Shown here in pieces: positions 37,997-48,900 of a stretch of 64,000 nt of DNA (position 1 is its first letter; every line of letters begins with the position of its first letter). The DNA comes from Candidatus Krumholzibacteriota bacterium (GTDB taxonomy: Bacteria; Krumholzibacteriota; Krumholzibacteriia; LZORAL124-64-63). The translations under genes and the position numbers were made by a program. Under the pieces are notes generated by a model. The model was given only the letters and a program-made list of their open reading frames with translations. It did not search any database and was not told the origin of the DNA. The stretch is from the NCBI GenBank assembly GCA_039714075.1, contig JBDLKA010000004.1, forward strand, positions 3,087 through 67,086, in the 5' to 3' direction.

Positions 37997-38857
37997 ATGA
38001 AAATGGCTCCACAGCACGTCTTTATCATGGTCCTGTTCGTCGCGTTGTTTGCGGGCGGCGCGGCTGTCGCCGTCGAAAACGAAACTGATACTGATACCGA
38101 TACCGTTTCCGAAACCGAAAGCGAAAACCGCAACGTACTGGATGACGCCCTCCACGGCGGCAAGATCCTGGTCCACGACACCGCGCACATCCTCGTCTCC
38201 CCGTTCCGCATGGGCAAACGTGACGCGCTTCAGCTGGGGGCCATCCTGGCCACCACGGGAATTTTCCTGGTCTTCGACGAGGAAATCCACGGCGCGGTGA
38301 CCAGGAATGCCGACGAGTTTCCCGTCAAACCCCTGGCGGAAGTGGGCCGGTTCCTGGACCCGCTGGGCTACGGCAGCATGAATGTGTACTACTTCGGGGG
38401 TCTGGGGGCCTCGTATGCCGCGGGCTGGGACACGGGCACGGCCATGTTCGGGCAGATTCTCACGTCTTTTGCGGTCTACGGAATTTTAAAACGTCCGGTC
38501 GAAGCCGTGGTCGGCCGCAGCCGGCCCTACGAAGGCGAAGGGGCCTACTCCTTCGGCAACAGCGACGCCACCTCGTTCTTTTCCGGACACACCATCAACA
38601 TCTTCCAGCTGGCCACCATCACCAGCCACCATGTCGCCCGCCCCTGGTTCACCTGGCTGGCCTATTTCGGGGCCGGGAGCGTGGCCGTGCAACGCATCGA
38701 AAGCGACGCCCACTGGCCCAGCGACGTGTTCCTCTCGGCGGCCTTCGCGGTGGCGGTCTCGCGGGGCGTCATCGCGCTGCACGAGGGGCGCAAGATGTCC
38801 GTGGTTCCCCACGCCGGAAACGGTGGGGCCGGAGTCGCCCTGGTCTGGCGCTTCTGA
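37997..38857 (+). CDS. PAP2-family (type 2 phosphatidic acid phosphatase) membrane phosphatase, 286 aa
   Basis: Signal/TM. PAP2 motifs KRPVEAVVGRSRP, SFFSGHT and SHHVARPWFTWLAYFGAGSVAVQRIESDAHWPSDV. Confidence 0.85.
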   Translation: MKMAPQHVFIMVLFVALFAGGAAVAVENETDTDTDTVSETESENRNVLDDALHGGKILVHDTAHILVSPFRMGKRDALQLGAILATTGIFLVFDEEIHGAVTRNADEFPVKPLAEVGRFLDPLGYGSMNVYYFGGLGASYAAGWDTGTAMFGQILTSFAVYGILKRPVEAVVGRSRPYEGEGAYSFGNSDATSFFSGHTINIFQLATITSHHVARPWFTWLAYFGAGSVAVQRIESDAHWPSDVFLSAAFAVAVSRGVIALHEGRKMSVVPHAGNGGAGVALVWRF

Positions 38858-38885
38858 CCCCGGTCTTCTGATCCCTGCTTTCCGA

Positions 38886-41885
38886 TCAACGCACCCAGGT
38901 CACCTTGCGCACCATGTGTTCGTCCGTGCGCGGTCCCTTGACCGAAAGCCGCACCAGGTACTGGCCGCTGGCGACCGTCCGGCCCTCGCCGTCACGTCCG
39001 TCCCAGACGGCCACGTGCGTTCCCTCGGGCGCTTCGGTGCGCATCACGGTCCGGATCCTCCGGCCCCGGATGTCGAAAACCTCCAGTGAAGCCACGGCCC
39101 GTTCCGGCAGCGAGAACGAGAATTGTGCCTGACTCGATGCCGGGTTGCCCGTCGCCAGAGCGAACCGGACACGCGTGATTCCCGACGAGGACGGATCGTC
39201 CACACCGCTGACGATGTCTTCCGGGCACTCCCAGCAGCCGGTGCGTTGCGGATCGTGTCCCTGCATGGCCCAGGTGGCCCACGACGAACCCGGAGCGTTG
39301 TTCAGATCGAAGATCATCAGCTGCGATTCATCCAGGACGACGAGTTCGGTGCTTCCGTCCAGATCCAGATCGCCCATGGCCGCGGTCTGGTGCACGTAGC
39401 TGGGGGTCGCTCGGGGCCACCCGCCCAGCAGGTTGCCGAAGTTGTCCCACGCCCGGATCTTCTTGTCCCGGGCCCCGATGATGACATCGCCCGAAGCCCC
39501 TTCGATCTCGCCCATGATGGGATCCGCGTAGATCCACCAGCCGACACCCGTACTGACGGGATATCCGACTGCGGAACCACCGTGATAATAGGCCAGATGG
39601 ACTTCGTAGTTCTGAGCCGCGAATGCGATCTCTGGCTCACCTGTACCCAGGCAATTGGCCAGCGCGGCGCTGGACAACGGGTAAGTGTCACCGGTGTAAT
39701 AGGGCCAGCCTGGAAGTTCCGTGCCGTCGTCGTCCAGAGCGTGCATGTACCCGTTGACCGTGGGCACCAGGACTTCCACGTCTCCGTCGCTGTCCAGGTC
39801 GCCCAGGGTCGGTACGTCACTGATGGTGGTCGGCATGGTTTCGGCGAACGACACCAAGCCCGACGGATGGTAGGACGCCACCCAGTGGGTACCGGCGATG
39901 ACCAGCTCGTTCAGGCCGTCGCCGTTCACATCACCGATGGCCGCCGGGTGCAGGAGAGGCTCAACCGTGGCCGGGAAGAAGAACCCCGGCGGGACCCGGC
40001 CGCTGTAATTGAAGGCTTCGGCATGGCTGCCTGCACACACCGCGACCACGCGGTGGTAGGGCGGGCCGAGGGTGCCGATGCTGACGTGGGCCTCTGCGGA
40101 ATCGATGGCGCTGATCGGCCAGCCTGGAATCAGCGTGCCCGAGGGGTCGTACAGGAAGATCTGCCCGTTTACGGCGCCGACCGCAATCTCGGGCGATTCG
40201 TCACCGTTCAAGTCGCCCACGGCCACGGGACTGCCGGACAGGGTCACCCCGGGCACCACCGGCCAGCCGGCCACCGGAGTACCATCGTGGTGCAGGGCCA
40301 CCACCTGATCGCTGTCGTTGCTGAAAATAATTTCCAGATCGCCGTCACCGTCGAGATCGACTACCGCCGGAGCGGTCTTGGGCGGGTGCAGCAGTTCAAT
40401 GGGTGAATCCGGCTCCTCGACCGGCCAACCGGGATCGTTGAACCACTCCGCGTCGAACAGCATCTCGCGACCGCTGACTTCATAGTGGTATGACCAGAAA
40501 GCACCGATCCGTTCACCCTGGGCAAGGTTCAGGGCGGCGGGATAACAATTGACGGAAACGATGCCCTCGTGCGCACCATCCGTGAAAACCTGGGGATCCG
40601 ACCAGACCGTCGGCGCGGAAGCAGCGGCCCTTATGATCTCGGTTCCATGTCCGAAATTGTTCATGATCCAGGTATCGGTACTGGACTGCCAGACCAGACC
40701 CCGCACGTCCCCGTACCCCAAATCAAAAGACGTGGGCCAGGTGGTGCCCTGGTCAGCGGAGGCACGGATTTCGATATGGGAACTTGTGCCGGGTGGGTCG
40801 AAATCGTCCGTGATCATGACTTCGTCCCCTGTTTGCGAGGCCGCGATAAGGGGAGCCCGGTTTTCGAAACCGTCCGAGGTCGAGGACAGGGCAAGAACGG
40901 TGCCCCAGGAGCCGGAACCGCCGCTGGCGAAGGAATCGGCTCGCCGGTACCGGAAGGCCGAGTCGAAGGCGCCGTTGGTGGATATGAAAGACCAGACGAC
41001 GTGAACCTTGGAGTTGAAGCCGTAGGCGACACGGGGATTCCAGTAATCGCGATCAGCCACAGCCAGCTCGGCGATTGTGTATTCGGTTTCCCAACTGTCG
41101 CCCTGGTTCGTGCTGCGGGCGAACCAGATCTTGTCGTGGTCGATGCCCCGGCTCCGGGCCGTCAAGTAAAGGTAGTAGCTGCTGAAGTTTGGGGCATCTG
41201 TCGCCATATGGGGAGTCCAGACGTGTTCCCCCGTCGATTCGATGGCGGCGACCTCGGTGAACACGGGGACCGCTGCCGACAGCTCCGCGTGAACGACGAC
41301 GATATATTCGTTGCCCACGGCAGGTGTTTTTCGACAAGCGACGAAGCAGCGATCCTGGGAGCCCTCCGCAATAAGAATTTCAGCATTCCCGTACCGCACC
41401 GACGGACTGGGGTCCGCTATGGAACCCCACAGGGGCCAGGTCAGTCCGCCGTCGGTCGAACGATGGATATCGATCTGGTCGTTCGACACGGCGTTGGGCA
41501 CACCCTGGGCAATATACCCGTACCCGTTGCTGTCGAATGCCGTGGACGGGTATTCGGGAATATCTGCAAACGGTATGGCATACATCAGCACGTCGTCGCC
41601 ACCGATTTGTTCATGGGTCGTGGCTTGTTTATCGGCGCCAAACGATGTCACCATGCCATCGTGTTGAGAAGTCCCCGATTCCCGGACTTCGATCCGGGTC
41701 CGACCGGATCCAGGTATCACGGGTTGCAGGTCGGGGGGGAAAATCTTCACGCTCGAGCCGTCATCCGGCGGAGGTGGGGTTGGTGTACGTTCCAATTCAG
41801 CCGAGACCGGGACCACCGTGCACACCAGCAAGGCAAAAACCGGCAGCCATATCCGTAACGATGATTGAATTAGCGGGTTCTTCAT
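38886..41885 (-). CDS. Large secreted protein: N-terminal BNR/Asp-box (sialidase-like) propeller region, FG-GAP repeats, and a T9SS type-A C-terminal sorting domain, 999 aa
   Basis: Signal peptide. Asp-box repeats (STDGGLTWP, SADQGTTWP, STNQGDSWE). FG-GAP/calcium-binding repeats (DLDGDGDLE, GDVNGDGLNE, GDLDSDGDVE). C-terminus ..GQYLVRLSVKGPRTDEHMVRKVTWVR. Confidence 0.8.
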   Translation of the reverse strand: MKNPLIQSSLRIWLPVFALLVCTVVPVSAELERTPTPPPPDDGSSVKIFPPDLQPVIPGSGRTRIEVRESGTSQHDGMVTSFGADKQATTHEQIGGDDVLMYAIPFADIPEYPSTAFDSNGYGYIAQGVPNAVSNDQIDIHRSTDGGLTWPLWGSIADPSPSVRYGNAEILIAEGSQDRCFVACRKTPAVGNEYIVVVHAELSAAVPVFTEVAAIESTGEHVWTPHMATDAPNFSSYYLYLTARSRGIDHDKIWFARSTNQGDSWETEYTIAELAVADRDYWNPRVAYGFNSKVHVVWSFISTNGAFDSAFRYRRADSFASGGSGSWGTVLALSSTSDGFENRAPLIAASQTGDEVMITDDFDPPGTSSHIEIRASADQGTTWPTSFDLGYGDVRGLVWQSSTDTWIMNNFGHGTEIIRAAASAPTVWSDPQVFTDGAHEGIVSVNCYPAALNLAQGERIGAFWSYHYEVSGREMLFDAEWFNDPGWPVEEPDSPIELLHPPKTAPAVVDLDGDGDLEIIFSNDSDQVVALHHDGTPVAGWPVVPGVTLSGSPVAVGDLNGDESPEIAVGAVNGQIFLYDPSGTLIPGWPISAIDSAEAHVSIGTLGPPYHRVVAVCAGSHAEAFNYSGRVPPGFFFPATVEPLLHPAAIGDVNGDGLNELVIAGTHWVASYHPSGLVSFAETMPTTISDVPTLGDLDSDGDVEVLVPTVNGYMHALDDDGTELPGWPYYTGDTYPLSSAALANCLGTGEPEIAFAAQNYEVHLAYYHGGSAVGYPVSTGVGWWIYADPIMGEIEGASGDVIIGARDKKIRAWDNFGNLLGGWPRATPSYVHQTAAMGDLDLDGSTELVVLDESQLMIFDLNNAPGSSWATWAMQGHDPQRTGCWECPEDIVSGVDDPSSSGITRVRFALATGNPASSQAQFSFSLPERAVASLEVFDIRGRRIRTVMRTEAPEGTHVAVWDGRDGEGRTVASGQYLVRLSVKGPRTDEHMVRKVTWVR

Positions 41886-42058
41886 TGTCGGGACCTCCCT
41901 CCAGGACCTGTTTTTCTGTTCACGCTCCTTTTGCTATTCTCACCAAGATCCGAGCGGCTCAGGCCAATTGCGTCCGGGGCTCCAGTGGATCTTGGACCTT
42001 GTTCTGAATTTTGAATTTCACTTTACTTTAACACATGTGGTGGACCCGATGTAATAAA

Positions 42059-42180
42059 ATGGTTGTGCCAAAGCAATTGTGTCCGTCGCTGGATTGCAGG
42101 TCATGGTGATGGAAATAAGCAGCCACCGTAACAAAGTGACAAAAGGAGGTGCCCCGGGGCACCTCCTTTTGATGTTTGGA
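42059..42180 (+). ncRNA. Candidate small RNA / conserved structured intergenic element, copy 1 (~122 nt, ends in a terminator hairpin AGGAGGTGCCCCGGGGCACCTCCT plus T-tract)
   Basis: ~75-80% identical to 58323..58447, including an exact 24-nt block GGATTGCAGGTCATGGTGATGGAA and the terminal GC hairpin plus TTTTGATGT. Not explained by any CDS. The overlapping ORF 42079..42651 is antisense to a real gene and not conserved as coding. Confidence 0.3.
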
Positions 42181-42224
42181 TTTTCTTCGCGGCCCGACCT
42201 ACCGGCAGGCCGATCCCAACGGCC

Positions 42225-42968
42225 CTATTTCCTGATCTTGTCCAGCAACCCCTTCGCCTGCTCCTCCACTTCGTCCTCCACCAGGTCCCGGGCCTTGTTC
42301 TCGATTTCCGCCCGGGCGATCTCGTCGGTGGCCTTCCTGGTCAAGGCACTCAGCACGGCCTTGGCGATCTCATCGGGCAGGGCGCCCTGGGCGCCGCCGA
42401 TGTCATCCAGTCGGATCGCGGGCAGATCCAGGGACCGCTTTTCCAGTCCGAGTGCGGAAGCATCGACTTCGATGTGTCCCTTTTCGAAGATGAACCGCTT
42501 GATCCGGATCCGCTTCACGTCGTCTTTCTTCTGGTCGCCGCCGTCGCCGCCACCGCTGGATGAACCGGCGTGCTGCTGCACGTTCTTCTGCAATTCGCCG
42601 ATATTCGAGGAGCCCTTCTTCATGAACTCGGCGTTGACCACCGGCGCCTGAACGCGGATCTCCTCGATCACGATCGGGTCCTCACGGAGGCTTTCCAGAT
42701 CGATATCCACGGTGATCTCATCGAGGGTGAAGGCCTGGCGGGTGCCAAAGGCCTCGGGACTGGCGATGCTGAGCCCGGCAATGGTGGCGCGGCCATCGCG
42801 CAGGGAAATGTCGACGCCCGAAACGGCGACGTCGGTCTCCGTCACGGTGCTGCCCTGGTCCTCGATGACCTTGGCGACAATGGAATTGAGGTTGGTCAGG
42901 AAATAGAAAACGCCGCCGATTAAAACGAGCGCCAGGACGACGACGACTCCGATCAAAATCTTCTTCAT
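42225..42968 (-). CDS. Hypothetical membrane-anchored protein (N-terminal TM, charged helical C-terminus), 247 aa
   Basis: MKKILIGVVVVLALVLIGGVFYF TM anchor. Plausible codon usage. No recognisable catalytic motifs. Confidence 0.55.
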   Translation of the reverse strand: MKKILIGVVVVLALVLIGGVFYFLTNLNSIVAKVIEDQGSTVTETDVAVSGVDISLRDGRATIAGLSIASPEAFGTRQAFTLDEITVDIDLESLREDPIVIEEIRVQAPVVNAEFMKKGSSNIGELQKNVQQHAGSSSGGGDGGDQKKDDVKRIRIKRFIFEKGHIEVDASALGLEKRSLDLPAIRLDDIGGAQGALPDEIAKAVLSALTRKATDEIARAEIENKARDLVEDEVEEQAKGLLDKIRK

Positions 42969-43132
42969 GAGAATGCTCCTAACCCTGCGGTCGGTTTGTA
43001 TGAGCTCCCCCGTACATATGGTAGCCGCGGTTGCCCATTCCTTGAAGAACGAAGTTGTTGATCAACCGGACTGATTCTGCCTGGTTATTTCCCTCGTTCT
43101 GCCAGGGCAGGTATGCAATCGTTATGCCCAAC

Positions 43133-43164
43133 AGGAAAACCCCGCCACTCAAAGAGCAGCGGGG
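43133..43164 (-). terminator. Intrinsic terminator for the LamG-domain gene (stem CCCCGC/GCGGGG, U-tract on the minus strand)
   Basis: In the minus-strand sense: CCCCGCtgctctttgagtgGCGGGG followed by TTTTCC, ~30 nt after the stop at 43193. Confidence 0.4.
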
Positions 43165-43192
43165 CCTTGGTCGTCAGGAAAAAATCCCCACC

Positions 43193-44620
43193 TCACCTCA
43201 ACAGTATCGCCTTCCTCGTCTCGACCTTCCCCCCGATATCCACGCGGAAGAAGTATTCGCCCGAGGGTACCGCACGGCCGGATGAATCACGCCCCTGCCA
43301 TTCGACGGAATGTTTGCCGGCCGCGTATTGCCGGTCAGCCAGATTCGCGATCAGGCGTCCCCGAATATCGTAGACCAGCACGCGAACCTGATGCGTCTGG
43401 TCGGTGGAAAAAGAGATGGCCGTGGTGGGATTGAAGGGATTCGGCGTGATCCGGATGTCCTGATCGCCGAACAGACCCTTGTTCCCGCCCCACGCGGCCT
43501 CGATCATGTCCGCCCCGCTGATCGGCTGACCGTCATACGTTTCCCCGGTCAGCGAAACCTTGGTGTCGCCGCACTGGATACCGGAATCGGGAACGCGGAA
43601 GTGGAACAGCAGGTCCAGGTCGCCGTCTCCATCCACATCCGTTTCGTGACGGACAGGACCTTTAAGGTTGGCGTGAGCTTCTGCAGTTTCAGCGGGGCCG
43701 AAAAGAACGGTGGCATGATCGACGTTGGTCGCATCGAATTCAGCCGTCGTGAGCAGGGCCACCGGCACAACATGGTTGGCGTGAGGGTTGCAATTGACCC
43801 GGTTTTCATCACTATCGGGTTTCACATCAATGCCGACGTCGATGGTTGCGGGCGCACACTGCGGAATCTGCACCTGGTCCCAGGTCGGGTCGAAATCATC
43901 ACTGTCCGGGGTGCTGCCGCGGGTGGCGTCATTTCCGTTGAACGAGCTGTCGAAAGCGGTCTGACCGGAGCCCTCATCAAACTCCCAGCAGGCCACCAGA
44001 CCCGCTTCGTCGCCATCCAGTTTGGAACACATCATCTGCTGGATCTGCTCCGGCGTGCGCGCGACCTCCCAGAGACGGACCTCATCGATCGAGCCGATGA
44101 TCCCGTCGACGAAATTGCCGAAACGCCCAATCATCACGTCCCTGTCGTACGCGTGGATTTGACCGGACGCTGCCCTGCTGCTCACTTCCACGCCATCCAC
44201 GAAAAGGCGCATCGCCGTTCCGTCATAAGTTCCGGCGACATGCACCCACTGGCCATAGGGCAAGACATCGAGTGGGGACCTCAGCAAGTGGCGCGTACCG
44301 TTGATCGCCAAATCGAACAAAAACTCCTGCGACCGTGAGTTGATGCCCAAATGGTACTGGTAATAGGGAGCGCTGTGACTGGTGAAGGGCTTTTCAATGA
44401 GGGGGCAATTGCCCAGATCCCAGAATTGTCCGGGGATCATGCACCACACTTCGATGGTAATGGCATCGGCGGGATCGAGGGTCTCGTTTCCCGCGGCGTG
44501 CAGATAGTCTCTCCCGTCAAACTGGAGCACATGGTTTGCACCGGCGGCATCCGAACCTGAAAAAAGGAACACGGCGAAAAGAAAAATCAGGAAAGCGCTT
44601 CGGCGCAGATATGGATACAT
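43193..44620 (-). CDS. Secreted LamG / concanavalin-A-like lectin domain protein with a T9SS type-A C-terminal sorting domain
   Basis: The ORF runs 43193..44674. The signal peptide MYPYLRRSAFLIFLFAVFLFSGSDAAG starts at 44620, after a GGGGG RBS. Laminin_G_3-like segment (LQFDGRDYL..GQWVHVAGTYDGTAMRLFVDGVEV..DEVRLW). C-terminus ..GEYFFRVDIGGKVETRKAILLR. Confidence 0.8.
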   Translation of the reverse strand: MYPYLRRSAFLIFLFAVFLFSGSDAAGANHVLQFDGRDYLHAAGNETLDPADAITIEVWCMIPGQFWDLGNCPLIEKPFTSHSAPYYQYHLGINSRSQEFLFDLAINGTRHLLRSPLDVLPYGQWVHVAGTYDGTAMRLFVDGVEVSSRAASGQIHAYDRDVMIGRFGNFVDGIIGSIDEVRLWEVARTPEQIQQMMCSKLDGDEAGLVACWEFDEGSGQTAFDSSFNGNDATRGSTPDSDDFDPTWDQVQIPQCAPATIDVGIDVKPDSDENRVNCNPHANHVVPVALLTTAEFDATNVDHATVLFGPAETAEAHANLKGPVRHETDVDGDGDLDLLFHFRVPDSGIQCGDTKVSLTGETYDGQPISGADMIEAAWGGNKGLFGDQDIRITPNPFNPTTAISFSTDQTHQVRVLVYDIRGRLIANLADRQYAAGKHSVEWQGRDSSGRAVPSGEYFFRVDIGGKVETRKAILLR

Positions 44621-44856
44621 GGTCAACCCCCGAACAATTTGAATGGAATATGAAGCAGAACCCGATGTTGCCAAACCGAAGGGTGATTATACCTCATATC
44701 CTACCGAAAGTAAATGAGTTGGAAGGGAAAACCCGATTGATATTTCCGGCTGGAACTCGAGACATGGACTTGCCGGCAGACCCGGTTTATAGTTAAATTG
44801 GATCTTTTTACTCTTGGTTGTCCGGTTTTCAGAACACCTTCCCAAGGAGACGAACA

Positions 44857-45882
44857 ATGAACCGCCAGCTCGACCCGGGTCACATCATGCAGACCGCCAC
44901 CGGCTTCTGGGCCTCGAAGGTACTGCTCACCGCCGTGGAACTGGAACTCTTCACCGTGCTTGACGACGAATCCATGACCGCCCCTGAACTCGGCGAAATC
45001 CTGGGGCTGCACCCGCGCGGCACTTTCGATTTCTTCGATGCCCTGGTGGCCCTCAAATTCCTGGACCGCGATGGCGACGGCCCCGGGGGCCGGTACAGGA
45101 ACACTCCCGAGACGGCCGCTTTCCTGAACAAGAAAAGCCCCACCTACATCGGTGGAATGCCCGAGATGTTGAACAGTCGCCTCTTCGGTTTCTGGAACCA
45201 TCTGGGCACCGCCCTCAAGACCGGCGAGCCCCAGAACGAGATGCGGACCCACGGCAAGCCGATCTTCGAGGAACTTTATGCCCACACCGACAAACTGGGC
45301 GAGTTCCTCTCCGCGATGACCGGCTTCCAGGCCGGCAACTTTTCCATACTGGCCGAGAAGTTCGACTTCAGCGGATACAAGACGGTCAGCGACATCGGGG
45401 GCGCCCTGGCTCTTATGTCCTGCATCCTGGGAGCCCGTCATACCCACCTGACGATCAATACCTTCGACCTGCCGCCGGTCGCTTCCCACGCCCAGGAACA
45501 CATTGATGCCGCGGGCCTGACCGACCGTGTTTCCGTGGTCTCCGGCGACTTCTTTGTCGATGACCTGCCCCGGGCCGACGTCATCACCATGGGGAACATC
45601 CTGCACGACTGGAATCTGGAAAAAAAGAAGATCCTGATCCACAAGGCCTATGAAGTGCTTCCCGAGGGGGGTGCCCTCATCGCCATCGAAAACCTGATCG
45701 ACGATGCCCGCCGGGAAAACGCCTTCGGTCTCCTCATGTCGCTCAACATGCTCATCGAGTTCGGTGATGCCTTCGACTATACCGGAGCCGACTTCCGCGA
45801 GTGGTGCGCGGAAGCCGGCTTCCAGCGTTTCGAATTCATCCCCCTGGCCGGCCCGACCAGCGCGGCGGTCGCGTACAAGTAG
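44857..45882 (+). CDS. Class I SAM-dependent O-methyltransferase (plant/bacterial OMT family with N-terminal dimerisation domain)
   Basis: The ORF runs 44818..45882. The ATG at 44857 follows an AAGGAGA RBS. SAM-binding motif VSDIGGALA and an OMT-like C-terminal half. Confidence 0.85.
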   Translation: MNRQLDPGHIMQTATGFWASKVLLTAVELELFTVLDDESMTAPELGEILGLHPRGTFDFFDALVALKFLDRDGDGPGGRYRNTPETAAFLNKKSPTYIGGMPEMLNSRLFGFWNHLGTALKTGEPQNEMRTHGKPIFEELYAHTDKLGEFLSAMTGFQAGNFSILAEKFDFSGYKTVSDIGGALALMSCILGARHTHLTINTFDLPPVASHAQEHIDAAGLTDRVSVVSGDFFVDDLPRADVITMGNILHDWNLEKKKILIHKAYEVLPEGGALIAIENLIDDARRENAFGLLMSLNMLIEFGDAFDYTGADFREWCAEAGFQRFEFIPLAGPTSAAVAYK

Positions 45883-45936
45883 GGACCGATGTGTCCGGTT
45901 GCCGGATCGGGAAAAGGCCTGACCGGCAACTCCCTG

Positions 45937-48900
45937 TCACTTGACCAGGGACATGCGCCGGGTTTCGGTATGATCCCCGGCCTCGAACCGGTACAGATAG
46001 ATTCCCGCAGGCGCCGGTCGACCCGCGTTGCTCCTGCCGTCCCATTGTTCTTCGTGGCGGCCGGCGGTCATTTTCCGGCCGTCTATCAGGGTGCGGACGG
46101 TCCGTCCCGCGATATCGAATACGGTCAACCGGACCGGGACATCCTTCGCCAGGTCAAACCGGATGACCGTGCTGGGATTGAACGGGTTGGGATGGTTCGG
46201 GAAGAGAGCCGAATGCAACGGCGTGGTTGCATCGGGCACTTCCGAAACCATGTTCACCACGACCGCCGGGCTCTCGTTCCCCGCAAAGTCCGTTGCTGTC
46301 AGGAAGTAATAGCCCGGATTCGGCCCTGATATGGTCAGCATGGTCCCGGTAGTGTGGTCGATCACGACCGCGGTCCCGTCCAGGGTCGGATTGGCGGACC
46401 CGTAGACCGTGAAATAGCGGAAATCCGGCTCGTCATTTTCGTTCCATGCCAATTGGTCGGCCGCCGCCAACACGAATCCCGTCGGAACCGAGGGCGCCAG
46501 GTTGTCCACGGAGTAGCCACTGTCGGGCGCGGCATCGAAATAGACCCCCGGCGTGGCGGTGCGCGCCCGCACGAAAAATACCGACTCGTACATGCCGTCG
46601 GTGATGGTCGAGTCGCCCAGGGTGGGCACGACGACGGCGTACTGGTCCTCGGCGTCGGCCGGCACGGTCGTCACGAAGTGCCAGTCACCGGGCGGGTAGG
46701 CCTTGTCCCATTCCGCCACGCCACTTTCCATGGATGCCAGGCTGTCGATGCGGCGGTAGACGGCATACTCGGTTATCGGCATCGCACTGCCGACAAAGTC
46801 ATAACCGGAACGCTCCCACGCGAGGCTCACCTGGCGGCCCTGGTCCCCGGGCACGTCGACGATCGCATCGACGGTCGGAATATCGTACAGCCACTCGAAT
46901 TGAAGGTTGGAACAGCTGGGATTCATCTGCGGCCGAACCACAGTGTGGTTGGAGCGCCATTTCAACTGGGTACCGGGGCTGGCCAGGTTGTACCAATTGC
47001 CGTCGGCGGCCACCGGCGCATAGGCCGTGCCCCCGTCGGAGCTCAGTTCCCAGGTAACATCTTCGGTCTGGATCGTGGACAAACGAGCCTGAACGGCATT
47101 GCTGGAAAGGGTGGCGAAAACCGTCGAATTGGCATAATTCGACCAGGGATCGAACATTCTCTGGGAAACGGCCACGGTTTCCATCCCGTACGTGCTATTG
47201 CCGAGGTAAACGTGGTTTCCGGCCACGGCCACACTAGCCGCCGTGTAGGAACCGTCGTAGGCGTCGATCAGGGTTGGAATGGCCGGGTCCGTGATGTCCA
47301 ACCGGACAATGCCGTGGAGTTGCACCCCGACGAACAGGTCGTCACCCCTGACCCGGACGTCCAGCGCGGAGGCGGATGTTGCATAGGTTCCGATTTGCGA
47401 CGGCACCGCCGGATTGGACACGTCCAGCACGACGACACCGTTGTACGAGTCCGCCACGTACGCCTGGTCGCCGTCAACAGCCACATCATAGGCATATGAT
47501 GTATCGAATACCGTAACCGGGGAAAAGCGAACTCCGGCACTCGGAAAAAATTCCAGGACCTGGATGCCGGGCGCCCCCAGGGCGACGTAGACATAATTAC
47601 CCTCGATATCCAGACTCCAGCCCGTGCCCGCCAGCCCCATCGGGCCCATGACTCCGATGGCGGGCAAGGAACCGAGACTGAAGGCATAGATGCTGCTGCC
47701 CCCGAGCAGAGCGGCCCTGTCCCCTTCGATGGCGATGGCGCTGAAGGAACCAGCGGTCTTGTTGGCCAGGGTCGGATTGGACAGGTCGCTGATGTCGAGC
47801 ACCACGAAGCCCTGAATGGCATCGGCGATGAAGGCATAATCACCGGCTACTTCCACCTGCTTGCAGCTCCAGGTGTAAGCCGGGTCCTTGAATTGGCCCA
47901 GGAGATTCGGGTTTTCCGGATCGTTGATATCATAGATGTAAAGTCCGTTGTTCCCCGCGGCAACGAACGCCACATCGCCTACGATGGCAGCGTGGGTGTA
48001 TCCCACGGCGCCGGCTTGGCCGCCAACGGACTTCAGTGGAATCGTCTTGGCCGCCTGATAGCCGTAAAGGAGGCCGCCTGTGGCAGCCAAATAGGCGGAG
48101 TTTCCGGCCACGGTGACGGCCATGCCCGAAGCGGTGGCCGTACCCGTGGTGATCGTCTGAATCGAAGCGGGATCCCGGACGTCGAGCAGGGTGAGTCCGT
48201 CGGTGTAGTCCGCTACATATGCGTATCCGCCCACAATGCATACGTCACGGGAGTCGCCGCCCGTTGCTGCGGCGCCGACCTGGACCGGAAGCGCCGGGTC
48301 GGTGACGTCCAGCACCAGGAGTCCCCCGGATCCGTCGGCGACATAGGCGGTATTGCCTTCCACGAAAAGGCCGTAGGCATTGCCGGGCGTGATCTTGAAA
48401 CCGACCTGCAACATGAGGGACGGATCGCTGACGTCGAAAATCCGGTAATGGTGGGTGTAGCTGACCGAATGAAGAAGGTCTCCGTCCAGAACCAGGTCTC
48501 TGACCGTGGAGGTGGTCGTTATCGTGTCCAGTACGTTGGGTGCCGTGGGGTCCATGATGTCGATCGCATGGATTCCACCGTAATCACTCGCCAGAAACGC
48601 GGTATTCCCGTCGACAACTACATCATAGGCGGATCCGTACGGGTCGACATTGCCTATCAAAACCGGCGTGGCCGGGTCGGAAATATCGAGAATCTGCAGA
48701 CCGCTCCCGCCGTCCGCCAGATAGGCGATGTTGCCGTCGACTGCAATCCCGTATGAGGTGCCGGTTGTGTTGTAACTTCCTGCTATCGAAGGCGAGAGCG
48801 GATTACTGATGTCCATGACCACCAGGCCGGCCGTGTATGCGGCAATGTAGATGTAGTTTCCATCCACCACCATGTCCCGCGGTTGTCCGGTAAGTATGGC

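Noticed and set aside
39123-41858. Plus-strand ORFs 39123..40406 and 40569..41858 (427-429 aa)
   Set aside because: Antisense to the 999-aa BNR/FG-GAP secreted protein gene, which has a signal peptide, repeats and a T9SS CTD.
42079-42651. 190-aa plus-strand ORF starting inside the conserved intergenic element
   Set aside because: It overlaps, antisense, the membrane-anchored protein gene 42225..42968, and its N-terminal part is not conserved as protein in the paralogous copy at 58323; there a 23-codon ORF ends at the hairpin and the differences are non-synonymous. Treated as non-coding and as an sRNA candidate.
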